A DNA stretch of 63,623 bases, filler included, from Octopus bimaculoides (Eukaryota): NCBI RefSeq assembly GCF_001194135.2. It is 5 parts of 5 records of this genome, joined end to end, with 100 filler letters (N's around TTAATTAATTAA, not from the genome) between each part and the next. Parts side by side here need not be neighbours in the genome. Positions count along the whole stretch, not along the records: positions 15,077 to 31,026 come from NC_068988.1; positions 31,127 to 44,202 come from NC_068981.1; 3 more parts are not named here. One strand, 5' to 3'. Numbering within the stretch: position 1 is the stretch's first letter; every line of letters begins with the position of its first letter. The position numbers and the translations under genes were made by a program. This document shows, piece after piece, positions 22,601-36,858 of the stretch. The notes beneath the pieces were generated by a model, which saw only the letters and a list, made by a program, of their open reading frames with translations, searched no databases and was not told where the DNA came from.

Positions 22601-24917
22601 GCATAGCGAAAGTTTTGGCTGACTGTCATCCTGTAGTCCCTTTGTTGCTGTGTGAGCAACTGGTTGTTTTAATGGCGGAACAAAGAGGAGATTTGCATTA
22701 GAAAAAGTTTTAATCGATTTTCTTGGTAAGTATGGGAGCTAGGAAAAAATAAAAGAGGCATTAAGAAGCTGACATTAAGAATTGCTTTAACAGTTAGAAA
22801 ATGTTTGACATTTCAATCATCACCAAAAAATGAAGCTGTAAGAATTTACGGGGAAATTGCATGTAAGAAGTAAAGCAGAAATGATTTGTAACTGTACTGC
22901 CAAAGTTCTGCAACTAAATAGGCAGACATATCCAATTTAAGAAAAGTGAAGATAAAAGCTAAGTGGAGAAGTATGTGCTTATAGAAAGAATAGACATGTA
23001 CCTTTTTAGAGATCATAATGTTGCTCAGAGCTATTGTATTAGACGTTTGTCTAATCAGAGAGCAGAAATTGAAAGAAGATATATGAAATGGACGTGTATG
23101 TGTGTGTGTATATGTGTGTGTTTTTGCAGATAATTTGGCGGGAGTTTTGCAGTCAGCACGAGGTGGTTTGTGTTTATCTCTTGAGTCGAATTGTTGTGAA
23201 TTTGTCTATAATAGCAATGCCTGGACAAGGGAAAATATTTTTTTAATATGTGGTTGGGGAAAAAAGGGGATCTTTTGAAGTTGGCGTGAAAGCGAAGGAG
23301 ACAAAGAAAGCACGGTTGTATCAGTGAAGTTCTTTTGAAGTTGCGTGAGACGGAAGAATTGATGGGCGTGCGGGCATGTGTGTGTGTGTGTGTTTGATGG
23401 GGTGTGCGAGACAGAATGTGTGATGTGTATATGAATTGCTTTTGTGAATGTGTGTAAAGAGATAGAGAGAGTAATGTTGATGGTGTGTGTGTATATGAGA
23501 GAGGGAGAGAGAAAGAGAGAGAGAGCCAGATAATGAAATTTTTCATTCAGTTTTTGTAGTGAGTGAATGAGAGAGAGAGAGAGAGAGACTGGTTATATAT
23601 GTATGTATGAATGGCTTCAGTGACACACACTCACACACACATGCACACACACGCAAGTTGTTTTAATTGATTTTCTCGGTAACTATGGGGGCTAGGAAAA
23701 AAAATACAAACCGCATTCCAATCTATGCACCCATCTCCACATGTGTGCCATTTTTCACGCGAATCCACCCAGCCATTTGGCTGTAAACCTCAAGGCAAGA
23801 AAGAATACAACGATCGCCCATGTCCAATTTATATTATAGACAGGCTGGTGTACCTGGTAATTCCCGGGGATAAAGATGTTCTATTGAAACGCCTTATTAC
23901 TCTGATATAAGAAAGCAATATCGTTGTAACTGCCACAAAAGGTGTATTTTCCGTCACGAAAAAGTACAAAAAACTGTTAGCTGGAGGAGGGAGAGATTGA
24001 AGGTTGGCGAGAGAGGTTTTCAGAGGTTGGCGAGAAAGATTATCGGAGGCTGGCGAAAGGCAAAAACATTATTCTGCTTAGCGAAGGCATCTGGGAAATG
24101 TATAACTGCTGTCATTCACAGAAAAACTCTTGTTTTCATTCGGTTTCCTTGTATGTCTCCACTGTCCTGCTTTTGTTCCCAACTTTCACCCTCCATAAAT
24201 CCCAAATTTAATCTTGGTACTTATGGGAGCAACCGTCTTCGAAGACTCATATTCTCGTTCAGTGTTCGAAATGAAGAGTAGATAGACAGCCGACAACTGA
24301 TGAAGTGTTGTTCTTTATGTTACTTGTCCTGTTTTCCATTTGTTTCTCTCGTTCTTTGCGTATTGAACTCATTTGTTTTCGTATTTCATGTTGTTAACTG
24401 TTGGTGATGTCCTAAACCCATATATGTANNNNNNNNNNNNNNNNNNNNNNNNNNNNNNNNNNNNNNNNNNNNNNNNNNNNNNNNNNNNNNNNNNNNNNNN
24501 NNNNNNNNNNNNNNNNNNNNNNNNNNNNNNNNNNNNNNNNNNNNNNNNNNNNNNNNNNNNNNNNNNNNNNNNNNNNNNNNNNNNNNNNNNNNNNNNNNNN
24601 NNNNNNNNNNNNNNNNNNNNNNNNNNNNNNNNNNNNNNNNNNNNNNNNNNNNNNNNNNNNNNNNNNNNNNNNNNNNNNNNNNNNNNNNNNNNNNNNNNNN
24701 NNNNNNNNNNNNNNNNNNNNNNNNNNNNNNNNNNNNNNNNNNNNNNNNNNNNNNNNNNNNNNNNNNNNNNNNNNNNNNNNNNNNNNNNNNNNNNNNNNNN
24801 NNNNNNNNNNNNNNNNNNNNNNNNNNNNNNNNNNNNNNNNNNNNNNNNNNNNNNNNNNNNNNNNNNNNNNNNNNNNNNNNNNNNNNNNNNNNNNNNNNNN
24901 NNNNNNNNNNNNNNNNN

Positions 24918-25743
24918 GGTGTGCAAGAGAGACGATTGCGCTAGTATGGACATGTGGCGAGAATGGACGAGGATAGCTGTGTGAAAAAGTGCCACACCCT
25001 AACAGTTGAGGGAACCTGTGGAAGAGGTAGGCGCAGGAAGGCCTGGGCTGAGGTGGTGAAGCAAGACTTCGAACATTGGGCCTCACCAAAGCGATGACTT
25101 CTGACCGAGACCTTTGGAAATATGCTGTGCGTGAGAAGACCCGGCAAGCCAAGTGAGACCTAAATCCAAGGCTTCTGCCAGGGGTGTAGCCAGCCCACTT
25201 ATGCATACCTTTCCTTCTTTGGACATTAAACTCCACTTGCGAAGACCTGTTGAGGCAAGTGAAATTGAAACTGAACTAAAATCGACACTGGCACCCATGC
25301 CAACGTCGTCTCCTTCATCGGACACGAAACTCAGCTTGCGAAGACTTATTGGGGCAAGCAAAAGCGAAATCGGGATGGCACCTGTGCCCAGCGTCGCCTT
25401 CCTGGCACTTGTGCCCGTGACATGTGTAATGGACTTTTGAGCAAGATCAATGCCAGTGCCCCTGGACTGGCTCTTGTGCAGGTGGCACATAAAATACACC
25501 ATTTGAGCGTGGCCGTTGCCATTACCGCCTGATTGGCCTTTGTGCGGGTGGCACGTAAAAGCACCCACTACACTCTCAGAGTGGTTGGCGTTAGGAAGGG
25601 CATCCAGCTGTAGATACTCTGCCAAATCAGATTGGAGCCTGGTGTAGCCATCCGGTTTCACCAGTCCTCAGTCAAATCGTCCAACCCATGCTAGCATGGA
25701 AAGTGGACGTTAAACGATGATGATGATGATGATGATGATGATG
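24918..25743 (+). mobile_element. RTE-clade LINE 3' end (ORF2 C-terminus, 3' UTR, (GAT)n tail)
   Basis: Translates to ERRLR*YGHVARMDEDSCVKK...EGTCGRGRRRKAW.EVVKQD...DRDLWKYAVREKTRQAK*, a typical RTE terminus, followed by the shared tail. Confidence 0.85.
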
Positions 25744-25819
25744 ATATATATATATATATATATAGATATAGATATATATATATATAGATAGATATATACA
25801 TATATAAATATAATATGTG

Positions 25820-26480
25820 TATAAATATAATCTATGACTTCCTTCCATCTATTTACAAGCTTTTTAATTCCATCAATGTAAAACTCTTTTGGTTTCAAAG
25901 CAAAGAACTCTGAAATGTCAGTTTCGACCTCCTCCTGGCTTACAAAAGTTATGTCACCCAAATGATTCTGTAAACTACGAAAGAAGTGGTAGTCTGAAGG
26001 AGCAAGATCAGGAGAATAAGGTGAATAAGGAATTTTTTCCCAACCAAGCTCTTTGATCTTTTGTGAAGTGATTTTTGCAGTGTTGGGTTGCACATTGTCC
26101 TGATGAAACATCACTCCTCAAAGCTTGGTTGAAACGCTCTAATTGCTGACAGTACACTTGAGCATTGATTGTTGCATTAGGTGGTAACAATTCAAAGTGA
26201 ATTACTCCTTTGCAATACCACCAGATAGAGAAAAGAACCTTTTTTCCATGAAGTTTCCTTCTCGGTTGCCGTCAAGCTTTTTCCCTATTACCAAGCCACT
26301 GTTTACAACGTTTAACATTTCGATAGAAGATCCATTTTTCGTCACCAGTCATAAGTCTATCCAAAAAGGGTAAAATGAGTTTGTGAGAATGGAGAGAAGA
26401 GCAGATGTCAACTCAGGATTTGCAGTTGCTTTCAGACAATTCATGAGGCACCCATTTTCCAAGTTTAGGAAACTTTACTA
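25820..26480 (-). mobile_element. Mariner transposase remnant
   Basis: ORF 25710-26114 has FHQDNVQPNTAK...PYSPDLAPSDYHFFRSLQNHL. Upstream INAQVYCQQLERF. Confidence 0.85.
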
Positions 26481-26879
26481 GTTGAAGAGGACGATAAACA
26501 GTTGTTATTCTTGACAATGAACAGTTTCTTATTCTTTACTTTACTAGAAGTAATAGCTTGTCCTATACTTTTATAGGTGTAATAACTTGTCCTGTACTTT
26601 CCCAGGTTTATAATCTTAAGAATATTACTTTTCCTGCTTGCATTTTTCCATGTAATCCATGATTTTTCAAGGCATTGCTGTTATAAGATAATTAATAATG
26701 TGTCAATTAATAATTTAAGATCTTACTTTATAAAATACTGAAGGATAATATTTCAATTTTTCCATGTAAGTGATGATNNNNNNNNNNNNNNNNNNNNNNN
26801 NNNNNNNNNNNNNNNNNNNNNNNNNNNNNNNNNNNNNNNNNNNNNNNNNNNNNNNNNNNNNNNNNNNNNNNNNNNNNAT

Positions 26880-27440
26880 ATATAAATTGTAGAACAAAAT
26901 GGAAAACCTGTAATTGTCATATACCTAATGCATGCCTGCTCAGAGGCTTTTGTCTGTGCAAAAATGTAGTTCATAAATGTCATGTAGAAACACCTATTCT
27001 CCATCTACACAACTCCTCGATATTAAATAAATTTTCTGACGCCATCTACTCTTGCAAACATAAGTTTTATTCAACAATGATGCATTATGATTCTGGATAG
27101 AGTTGAGCACCAGCATCCATACCCATCGAAACTATTTCTGAAAGATAAAACAACAACAACCTCCTCTTATCTCTACCTGTAGAGCCATCAGTAGCCTTAT
27201 CTTATTATGCAGTATCTCCTCCTCCAACCTCTCAAAAACACTTCCACTCCCTGATCTTTTGCATATAGCTCTATAAAAAAACACTCAGTAGGTAATTCCC
27301 ATTAGAAAAACGCAGTACATGTGAGCCTTTTGTAAAAATTCATATTCCCTGATGAAGGAGGTGGTGTTCAAAAATGGATGTAAATATCTTTTATATGTCT
27401 GAACAACCGGACCTCTAGAAACAGCTGTAAGATTATTAAC
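26880..27440 (+). mobile_element. Highly decayed Penelope-like 3' fragment ending in a hammerhead remnant
   Basis: KTCNCHIPNACLLRGFCLCKNVVHKC at ~26905 resembles the CxC...C linker preceding GIY-YIG. CTGATGA at 27349 and GAAACAGCTGTA at 27418-27429. Confidence 0.6.
27344..27434 (+). ncRNA. Degenerate minimal hammerhead ribozyme
   Basis: CTGATGA (27349-55), extended stem II (gaggt/acctc, ggt/acc, gttca/tgaac), GAAAC-agct-GTA. Stem I pairs poorly. Confidence 0.5.
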
Positions 27441-27458
27441 TGGATTAGTAACACCCAA

Positions 27459-27589
27459 ATATGGGTACAGGACATCAAAAAAATGTTAAACACAATGAGA
27501 AACGAAAACATAAAACAAACTTTTTTCAATGTTTTTATGTTTTCATTTCTCATTGTGTTTAACATTTTTTTGATGTCCTGTACCCATAT
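27459..27589. repeat. Long inverted repeat (foldback), arms ~55-60 bp
   Basis: atatgggtacaggacatcaaaaaaatgttaaacacaatgagaaa... is mirrored by ...tttctcattgtgtttaacatttttttgatgtcctgtacccatat. The right arm continues as a direct repeat of 28743-28920. Confidence 0.9.
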
Positions 27590-28946
27590 ATGCATGTATA
27601 TATACATATAGATGTAGGTATGTACATATATGTATGGATATATGCATATATTTATATATTATTTATATTATTATATGATCGAACGCCACACATCCTTTTC
27701 CAAGTAAGTTTTATCTTAATAATTACAATATGCACTCTTCTACTATCTCTTTTCTGTCTATCTCTCTCCCTCTCTTGTTCTCCATCCTTTCTGTCTCCCT
27801 TTCACAGTTCCCTCTCTCTCTCTCACTCTTCCTCCTTGACTCTCTTGTCGCTGACACATGACGAAAGGGGATCTCTCTTTCTGTCCACTGCCTTCCTAAA
27901 GAAAAGATGTGTTTTTTCTGTCTCTTCTCTCATGGTACGTCTACCTAGCGTTCATAATAATTTTTCTATCGTCTTGGCTCAACAGCCCTCACCATTTGTT
28001 TTTACTGTCTTGTTCTCACTGTCCTGTTCTTGTTAACACTTTCATCCTCTGCAAAAATTTCCAAATTTTATTTAATTTGCTTTATGGGAAGGACTCTGTT
28101 CCAACGAAGTCGCGTATTGTCCTTGCCTTCGAAACGCAGAGTAGATGGAACAGANNNNNNNNNNNNNNNNNNNNNNNNNNNNNNNNNNNNNNNNNNNNNN
28201 NNNNNNNNNNNNNNNNNNNNNNNNNNNNNNNNNNNNNNNNNNNNNNNNNNNNNNNNNNNNNNNNNNNNNNNNNNNNNNNNNNNNNNNNNNNNNNNNNNNN
28301 NNNNNNNNNNNNNNNNNNNNNNNNNNNNNNNNNCCTTGACTCTCTTGTCGCTGACACATGACGAAAGGGGATCTCTCTTTCTGTCCACTGCCTTCCTAAA
28401 GAAAAGATGTGTTTTTTCTGTCTCTTCTCTCATGGTACGTCTACCTAGCGTTCATAATAATTTTTCTATCGTCTTGGCTCAACAGCCCTCACCATTTGTT
28501 TTTACTGTCTTGTTCTCACTGTCCTGTTCTTGTTAACACTTTCATCCTCTGCAAAAATTTCCAAATTTTATTTAATTTGCTTTATGGGAAGGACTCTGTT
28601 CCAACGAAGTCGCGTATTGTCCTTGCCTTCGAAACGCAGAGTAGATGGAACAGAGACAACTGATGAAGGGGTATACTCTTTATGTTGCATGTTTCGTTTC
28701 TCTGTTCGTTATTTTCATTGTTCAAAAAAAGTTCGATTTCTGTTTTCGTTTCTCATTGTGTTTACCATTTTTTTTGATGTCCTGTACCCATATATGCATG
28801 TATGTATACATATAGATGTAGGTATGTACATATATGTATGGATATATGCATATATTTATATATTATTTATATTATTATATGATCGAACGCCACGCATCCT
28901 TTTCCAAGTAAGTTTTATCTATATATATATATCATATATATACAGT

Positions 28947-29325
28947 GGAGGCGCAATGGCCCAGTGGTTTGGGCAGTGGACTTGCAGTCGTAGGATCTCG
29001 GTTTCGATTCTCACACCAGGTGTTGTGAGTGTTTATTGAGTGAAAAGACCTAAATCTCCACGGGGTTCTGAAGGGGGTGGTGGCAAAACCTGTTGTACTC
29101 TTTCACCACAACTTTCTCTCACTCTTTCTTCCTGTTTCTGTTGTGCCTGTATTTCAAAGGGCCAGCCTTGTCACACTCCGTGTGACAGTGAATCTCCCCG
29201 AGAACTACGTTGACGGTACACGTGTCTGTGGAGTGTTGAGCCACTTGCACGTTAATTTCACAAGCAGGCTGTTCTGTTGATGGGATCAGCTGGAACCCTC
29301 GTCGTAACCGACGAAGTGCCACGTT
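28947..29325 (+). mobile_element. tRNA-derived SINE
   Basis: Head ggcgcaatggcccagtggtt...ggtttcgattc (A and B boxes). Colinear with the copy at 42896-43277. Confidence 0.85.
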
Positions 29326-29389
29326 ATATATGTGTGTGTGTGTGCGCGCACGCGCGCATGTATGCATGTGTGTCTATGTACGTCTATAG

Positions 29390-30200
29390 ATACCATAGTT
29401 AAATGGGCTGAAGAAAACAACATGCAAGTTAATGCATGTTACTATCAACCAGCTTGCGCTAAAGAGCCAGAGAAAGGTACTTTGGACCAAAAGGAGTGAC
29501 AATCCCAGAATCAAACACAGTGCATGATTTTGGGATTGATATGAGCAATGGCACCTCATTGCAAGAACATATCACCAAGCTTGTGTCAATGAGCAGGTGA
29601 ATGGCCAGATGGATTCTGAAAACTCTCAGTATAAGGGACCAAGAAACTAAACTGGTTCTATGGAAGACATTTGTCCTCAGTCATCTAGACTACTATGTTC
29701 AACTATAGTCAGCCCACTTGTTAAATTAATAGTGGTATTCAAGGTAGTTCAGCAATACTACACTAGGAAGATTGCATCAATGGAACTGAGCTATTCGGAG
29801 AGACTGAAAGAATTACTACTCCTTTGATTGAATACAGGAGAAATATGCAGTGATATACATAAGGAAGATACTAGAGGGGTTGGCACCAAATTTTGGCATC
29901 AAGAATTATATCAGCCCTCGAACTGGACATCACTGCACTCTTCCAAACGTTCCACCCTTCCCTTTTAGAGTGAGGACCAGAACTGCAATAGCTTGGGATT
30001 CAAAGGCCTATATCTATTTAATATCTTCCCCAAAACATCTGAGAGATCTACATGATGTTGGGGTAGATGTTTTCAAGAAACCATCTGCACTTAAAGATCC
30101 CAGATGAGCGTACATTATGGCAGGAAACTTAAAAGAGAGCAGCAATATCATACTGCAAATCACAAGAGAATGGCCATTGAAAAGGTGATGATACTGGCAG
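29390..30200 (+). mobile_element. Decayed CR1/Jockey-type LINE 3' fragment
   Basis: IYIRKILEGLAPNFGIK...RTG.HC and DLHDVGVDVFKK match the C-terminus of the element at 17400-19610. Confidence 0.7.
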
Positions 30201-30733
30201 TGCTTCAGCCTGGCCACAACTTTTGGACTGAAATGCATAAAAGGAAGAATGAAAGAATATATACATAAACATGCGAGGCCTAGTGGTTAGGGTATTGAGC
30301 TCATGATCATAAGGTTGTGGGTTCGATTCCTGGACTGGGCATTGTGTCCTTGATGGCCTATTACTTGCATTGTTCCACTCTAGTAAACTGAAAACAAGTA
30401 CCAGCTGACTGCTTATGCAACCCCTCTTGTGGTCACATTCTCAATGTTCCACTGGATCAAAGGTGAGAGAGCCAAGGGTATGTCAATGTCTGCTTGCAGT
30501 TATATAGGCAGCTGAAACAACTAGCAACAATGTGATACAAGCTTGCTTCCCAACCATGTAGTCTTGGGTTCAGTCCCACTGATTACAACCTTGGTCAAGT
30601 GTCTTCAACTATAGCCCCAAGCCAAACAAAGACTAGTGTGTGGACACAGTCGACAAAGACTGAAAGAAGCTTGTTGTGTGTGTGTGTGTGTAAATACCAT
30701 TATCTAGACATCACATGATTGATACAAATGAGG

Positions 30734-31026
30734 ATCATCATCATCATCATCATCATCATTGTTTAACGTCCGCTTTCCATGCTAGCATGGGTTGGACGAT
30801 TTGACTGAGGACTGGTGAAACCGGATGGCAACACCAGGCTCCAATCTGATTTGGCAGAGTTTCTACGGCTGGATGCCCTTCCTAACGCCAACCACTCAGA
30901 GAGAGTAGTGGGTGCTTTTACGTGTCACCTGCACGAAGGCCAGTCAGGCGGTACTGGCAACGGCCACACTCAAAATGGTGTATTTTATGTGCCACCCGCA
31001 CAAGAGCCAGTCCAGGGGCACTGGCA
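30734..31026 (-). mobile_element. RTE-tail repeat, minus strand
   Basis: Reverse complement of 60-348 and 25450-25743, starting at (CAT)n. Confidence 0.85.
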
Positions 31027-31126
31027 NNNNNNNNNNNNNNNNNNNNNNNNNNNNNNNNNNNNNNNNNNNNTTAATTAATTAANNNNNNNNNNNNNNNNNN
31101 NNNNNNNNNNNNNNNNNNNNNNNNNN

Positions 31127-31182
<56 letters not shown>

Positions 31183-32452
31183 TGCGTGTGTGTTTGCGTA
31201 CATATATATACATATAAGACAACATCTATCACTTAACATGAAGAGCAATATGGGTTCTTCGATTAAGACAACTACTCACTCTTTCAATTGTTGTTTAAAG
31301 TATTCCGCAGATTCTTAATCTCTTTAACCCCCTTCTCAAGCTGTATGAATGTAACTCAATATGTGACGAAGCTTATCGTCTGAAGTAGAATCCACTTTCA
31401 GGGAGTCCAAACATTTACTGTCTAGCCAATGTCACCGACAATGTAGTTTGGGTCGCCAAGAGCTAATAACATACTTGTCCAAGTTAATATACAGTTTAAT
31501 CGAACCCTGCTCTGTGATCATGATTGTATATATATAAATATNNNNNNNNNNNNNNNNNNNNNNNNNNNNNNNNNNNNNNNNNNNNNNNNNNNNNNNNNNN
31601 NNNNNNNNNNNNNNNNNNNNNNNNNNNNNNNNNNNNNNNNNNNNNNNNNATATATATGCCTGTACATGTGTGTGTTTTTCTCTGTGGGAGTGTGTTTGTG
31701 TGAATGTGTGTGTGTATGTATATACAGAAATCTATTCTACTGTGTGTTCTAATACTGTTCTTATACCAAGCAGATATAACATATATATCATATAGCAAAT
31801 ATTAATATAACTCATTGAGAAGTGGTAGGACGGATACCGCCAGAAATGGCAGCAAGTATCTGACTTTGACTTCAGTCATGTATTTAACCTCCAAGAGTAG
31901 AGCTCAATGTGTAAATGTTGAAAGCGCGTTTCAGTGTTTACGTGCAATTTATATTTATGTGTTCTTTTGTAACTTCCTCTCCAGACATTCTTTCCTGTCC
32001 CGCCTGTAAGCCTCTACATACTTACATCTATATCTATATCTTTATCTATCTCTCTATTCATATATATATATAAATATATATATATATGTATGTATTTGCA
32101 TGTGTGAGTGTGTGCACATGTCAGGGTGTGTGTGTGTGTTTGTGTGTATGCATGAGATCGTTGAAGAAATTATGTCGCTGAGTGCGTTTTTTTATTATTA
32201 TATTAAGCATGGTTCATTATATAACCAAAACTCCAACAAGCAGAGTCGACATAGTCCTGTTCTAATGATACTTATACACTTTGCCATCATATACAATATG
32301 TATACTAGATATATCTCAGAATTCATATCCATGTACTTCTTGAACATAACAAGCATTTATGAATGTGTATATATGCAAATATATGAATGCTTACATAGTG
32401 GAATCATGTGCTTAAATTTAATAAGTCTGTGTTTCTGTGTGGTGTGCATATA

Positions 32453-32492
<40 letters not shown>

Positions 32493-32609
32493 AAGTATGT
32501 GTGTGTGCGTGTAATGTATGTGTTTCGAAAGTAAAAACATGATATTAATTTGTATGAAAAAATATTTTATGAACAGAATTGTATTACACTTCGTATGAAA
32601 ACATGTCAT

Positions 32610-32745
<136 letters not shown>

Positions 32746-32820
32746 AAATATATTCATGTATATATTTACAGGTATCTTACGTGTACAACAAGATATGTAT
32801 TTATATATATATATGTATAT

Positions 32821-32854
<34 letters not shown>

Positions 32855-33310
32855 CATACACACAAGCATATTTGTTTTTGTATGTAATGAGGCATAATAA
32901 ACTAATAAACATAAATGCACAATCCACTTGATAGTTTGAGGTTCTCAGGATCAATAATACAATGTTGATATCATGTGACACATCCACAAATGCCCATACT
33001 TATGTACACTCGCTGATATATATGACAATATATAAAAAGACATTATAATACCATTTTGTATGTTTTAACGTATATACAGAACACATGCGCAAATTTTCAT
33101 ATATGTATGTATGTGTACTATGTGTGTGTGTGTATGTGTATAAATACTTATATATTTTACTTGTATGCATGTGTGCGTACATATTTTACATGCAGACTTG
33201 TCTTTCATAAATACATGAATAGTTATTTGTTCATACACTCGATTTGCTATTTGTAGATATCAGTTTCTGTGTGCAAGGGATTGCTAACAATATTATTTCA
33301 GGTTTGATTT

Positions 33311-33350
<40 letters not shown>

Positions 33351-34005
33351 CACGTTCACACACTGTCGACCTCACTTGCAGTTGTACTGGAATACATATC
33401 GTCATACATGGTAAATAAAAAAATGGCCGTCTTGTGTTTGATATCAACAAGTCTATGAGGTTTTCAGCAATCTCCAGAGACCGGTAGACCAAGAACTAAA
33501 TCTTTCAGTTATATCATTTTAATCTAAAGCCATCAGAATAATTATGTATGTATATGTGTGTGTGAGAGCTTGTGTATGTGTGTGCGCGCGCGCCTGTGTA
33601 CACATATGAATTTACGTATGTTTCCAAAATACGTACACATAAAATGCTAACATACACGCAAATATTCACACGCTAGCATTATAACGCTTCTGCGCATACA
33701 AATCAAGGGTTAAGATATGTAATATACGAAAGGTATTCTATATTCTATACTTGTAAATATCATCAGTCCGAAGATGAAAACATTACGACAATTGATTCCA
33801 TGACTTCCAAATCAGCCACAACGGTATTATCTGTTTTAATCTTCTCAAACAGATGCTTTAATATATATTATAACATATTATGTTATATTAGGTTATATTA
33901 TAATTATTATATTATGTTATATTATTTTATATTATGTATTACGTTATAGTATTATATTTTTCAAATGGTTATACATAATAGCAATGACCATTTTCAGTGG
34001 CCATG

Positions 34006-34036
<31 letters not shown>

Positions 34037-35486
34037 GTATATATATAAACACACACACACATATATATATTTGATTGTGTATATATAGATACATATTTAT
34101 GATTATATATATATAANNNNNNNNNNNNNNNNNNNNNNNNNNNNNNNNNNNNNNNNNNNNNNNNNNNNNNNNNNNNNNNNNNNNNNNNNNNNNNNNNNNN
34201 NNNNNNNNNNNNNNNNNNNNNNNNNNNNNNNNNNNNNNNNNNNNNNNNNNNNNNNNNNNNNNNNNNNNNNNNNNNNNNNNNNNNNNNNNNNNNNNNNNNN
34301 NNNNNNNNNNNNNNNNNNNNNNNNNNNNNNNNNNNNNNNNNNNNNNNNNNNNNNNNNNNNNNNNNNNNNNNNNNNNNNNNNNNNNNNNNNNNNNNNNNNN
34401 NNNNNNNNNNNNNNNNNNNNNNNNNNNNNNNNNNNNNNNNNNNNNNNNNNNNNNNNNNNNNNNNNNNNNNNNNNNNNNNNNNNNNNNNNNNNNNNNNNNN
34501 NNNNNNNNNNNNNNNNNNNNNNNNNNNNNNNNNNNNNNNNNNNNNNNNNNNNNNNNNNNNNNNNNNNNNNNNNNNNNNNNNNNNNNNNNNNNNNNNNNNN
34601 NNNNNNNNNNNNNNNNNNNNNNNNNNNNNNNNNNNNNNNNNNNNNNNNNNNNNNNNNNNNNNNNNNNNNNNNNNNNNNNNNNNNNNNNNNNNNNNNNNNN
34701 NNNNNNNNNNNNNNNNNNNNNNNNNNNNNNNNNNNNNNNNNNNNNNNNNNNNNNNNNNNNNNNNNNNNNNNNNNNNNNNNNNNNNNNNNNNNNNNNNNNN
34801 NNNNNNNNNNNNNNNNNNNNNNNNNNNNNNNNNNNNNNNNNNNNNNNNNNNNNNNNNNNNNNNNNNNNNNNNNNNNNNNNNNNNNNNNNNNNNNNNNNNN
34901 NNNNNNNNNNNNNNNNNNNNNNNNNNNNNNNNNNNNNNNNNNNNNNNNNNNNNNNNNNNNNNNATATATATATATTTATATATATATATATATATATATG
35001 TACACGTCTGTCTATATATACATGTCTGTGCACACAGGTACGCAATATGTGTATACGTATGTGTTTTTATATATATATTCATACACACATATTTATACAC
35101 ACACACACACGTTTATGTATAAAGATAGATATAAATATGTTCAATATATTATTATTATTGTTATTTTTCCAACCGCTACCCATTTAGTAGAAATCAGCCG
35201 CTGAATGTTAGTCATCTGTATATGGAAGTGAATACTTAAAACATTTTGTGTCAGAAAGAAACACCATTATTATATTGCCACTATTTTCGCAATCAATAGT
35301 TCAGTCTTTTCATTTGTTCTCATCTTTTCGTTTTACTTTCTTTTAACCCATTACATGAACAAACACTATTACTTATTTACACATAAGAATACGCCCATTC
35401 TCCACTCTCTCTCTGTCTCTCTCTCGCATGCATTTAGACCTACGTCATTATAAATACATATATATGCATATATACACACACACATT

Positions 35487-35535
<49 letters not shown>

Positions 35536-36357
35536 NNNNNNNNNNNNNNNNNNNNNNNNNNNNNNNNNNNNNNNNNNNNNNNNNNNNNNNNNNNNNNNNN
35601 NNNNNNNNNNNNNNNNNNNNNNNNNNNNNNNNNNNNNNNNNNNNNNNNNNNNNNNNNNNNNNNNNNNNNNNNNNNNNNNNNNNNNNNNNNNNNNNNNNNN
35701 NNNNNNNNNNNNNNNNNNNNNNNNNNNNNNNNNNNNNNNNNNNNNNNNNNNNNNNNNNNNNNNNNNNNNNNNNNNNNNNNNNNNNNNNNNNNNNNNNNNN
35801 NNNNNNNNNNNNNNNNNNNNNNNNNNNNNNNNNNNNNNNNNNNNNNNNNNNNNNNNNNNNNNNNNNNNNNNNNNNNNNNNNNNNNNNNNNNNNNNNNNNN
35901 NNNNNNNNNNNNNNNNNNNNNNNNNNNNNNNNNNNNNNNNNNNNNNNNNNNNNNNNNNNNNNNNNNNNNNNNNNNNNNNNNNNNNNNNNNNNNNNNNNNN
36001 NNNNNNNNNNNNNNNNNNNNNNNNNNNNNNNNNNNNNNNNNNNNNNNNNNNNNNNNNNNNNNNNNNNNNNNNNNNNNNNNNNNNNNNNNNNNNNNNNNNN
36101 NNNNNNNNNNNNNNNNNNNNNNNNNNNNNNNNNNNNNNNNNNNNNNNNNNNNNNNNNNNNNNNNNNNNNNNNNNNNNNNNNNNNNNNNNNNNNNNNNNNN
36201 NNNNNNNNNNNNNNNNNNNNNNNNNNNNNNNNNNNNNNNNNNNNNNNNNNNNNNNNNNNNNNNNNNNNNNNNNNNNNNNNNNNNNNNNNNNNNNNNNNNN
36301 NNNNNNNNNNNNNNNNNNNNNNNNNNNNNNNNNNNNNNNNNNNNNNNNNNNNNNNNN

Positions 36358-36390
<33 letters not shown>

Positions 36391-36794
36391 CACTTGTATA
36401 TAAGTAGTTTACGCTTTTTTTTAAAACATCCATGTATGTATATCTGTAATAATACTTGTGTATTATTATTATTAATATTATTATTATTTAATAATATGTA
36501 TATATTGTATATGTTGGAATATCTGAACCTTACTTTTCAATCTGCCTGCAATTGGTTTGCTACAAAATTTGAATTTTAGATTCCGCTCTTCTGTTACTTC
36601 CACCAAATGATCATTTTCTGTTATAGATAGGGTATCATGATTCATAATTCTTCTTGTTGAAGTTGAAGAGTCTCTGCTTAAATGGACTGTCAAGAGAGGT
36701 TTGGTTCTTTAAAGTATTGATATAAAGTCTTTAAAATGTAAAAAGCTTTTGGCAGAAAGTGAGTAGGTTTTCGTGAACATTGTTTTAGTGTTAT

Positions 36795-36858
<64 letters not shown>

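Noticed and set aside
27836-28651. Apparently identical ~318-bp repeat on both sides of the gap at 28154-28333
   Set aside because: Exact identity flanking a gap suggests an unmerged contig overlap.
28590-28680. gaaacgcagagta...ctgatgaagggg (similar at 24230-24310) as a hammerhead
   Set aside because: Boxes are present but stem I cannot be formed. At most a scrambled remnant.
28947-29020. tRNA-like sequences (also 42896, 21390-21460, 30275)
   Set aside because: These are SINE heads continuing into repeat bodies and lack a complete cloverleaf, so they are not called tRNA genes.
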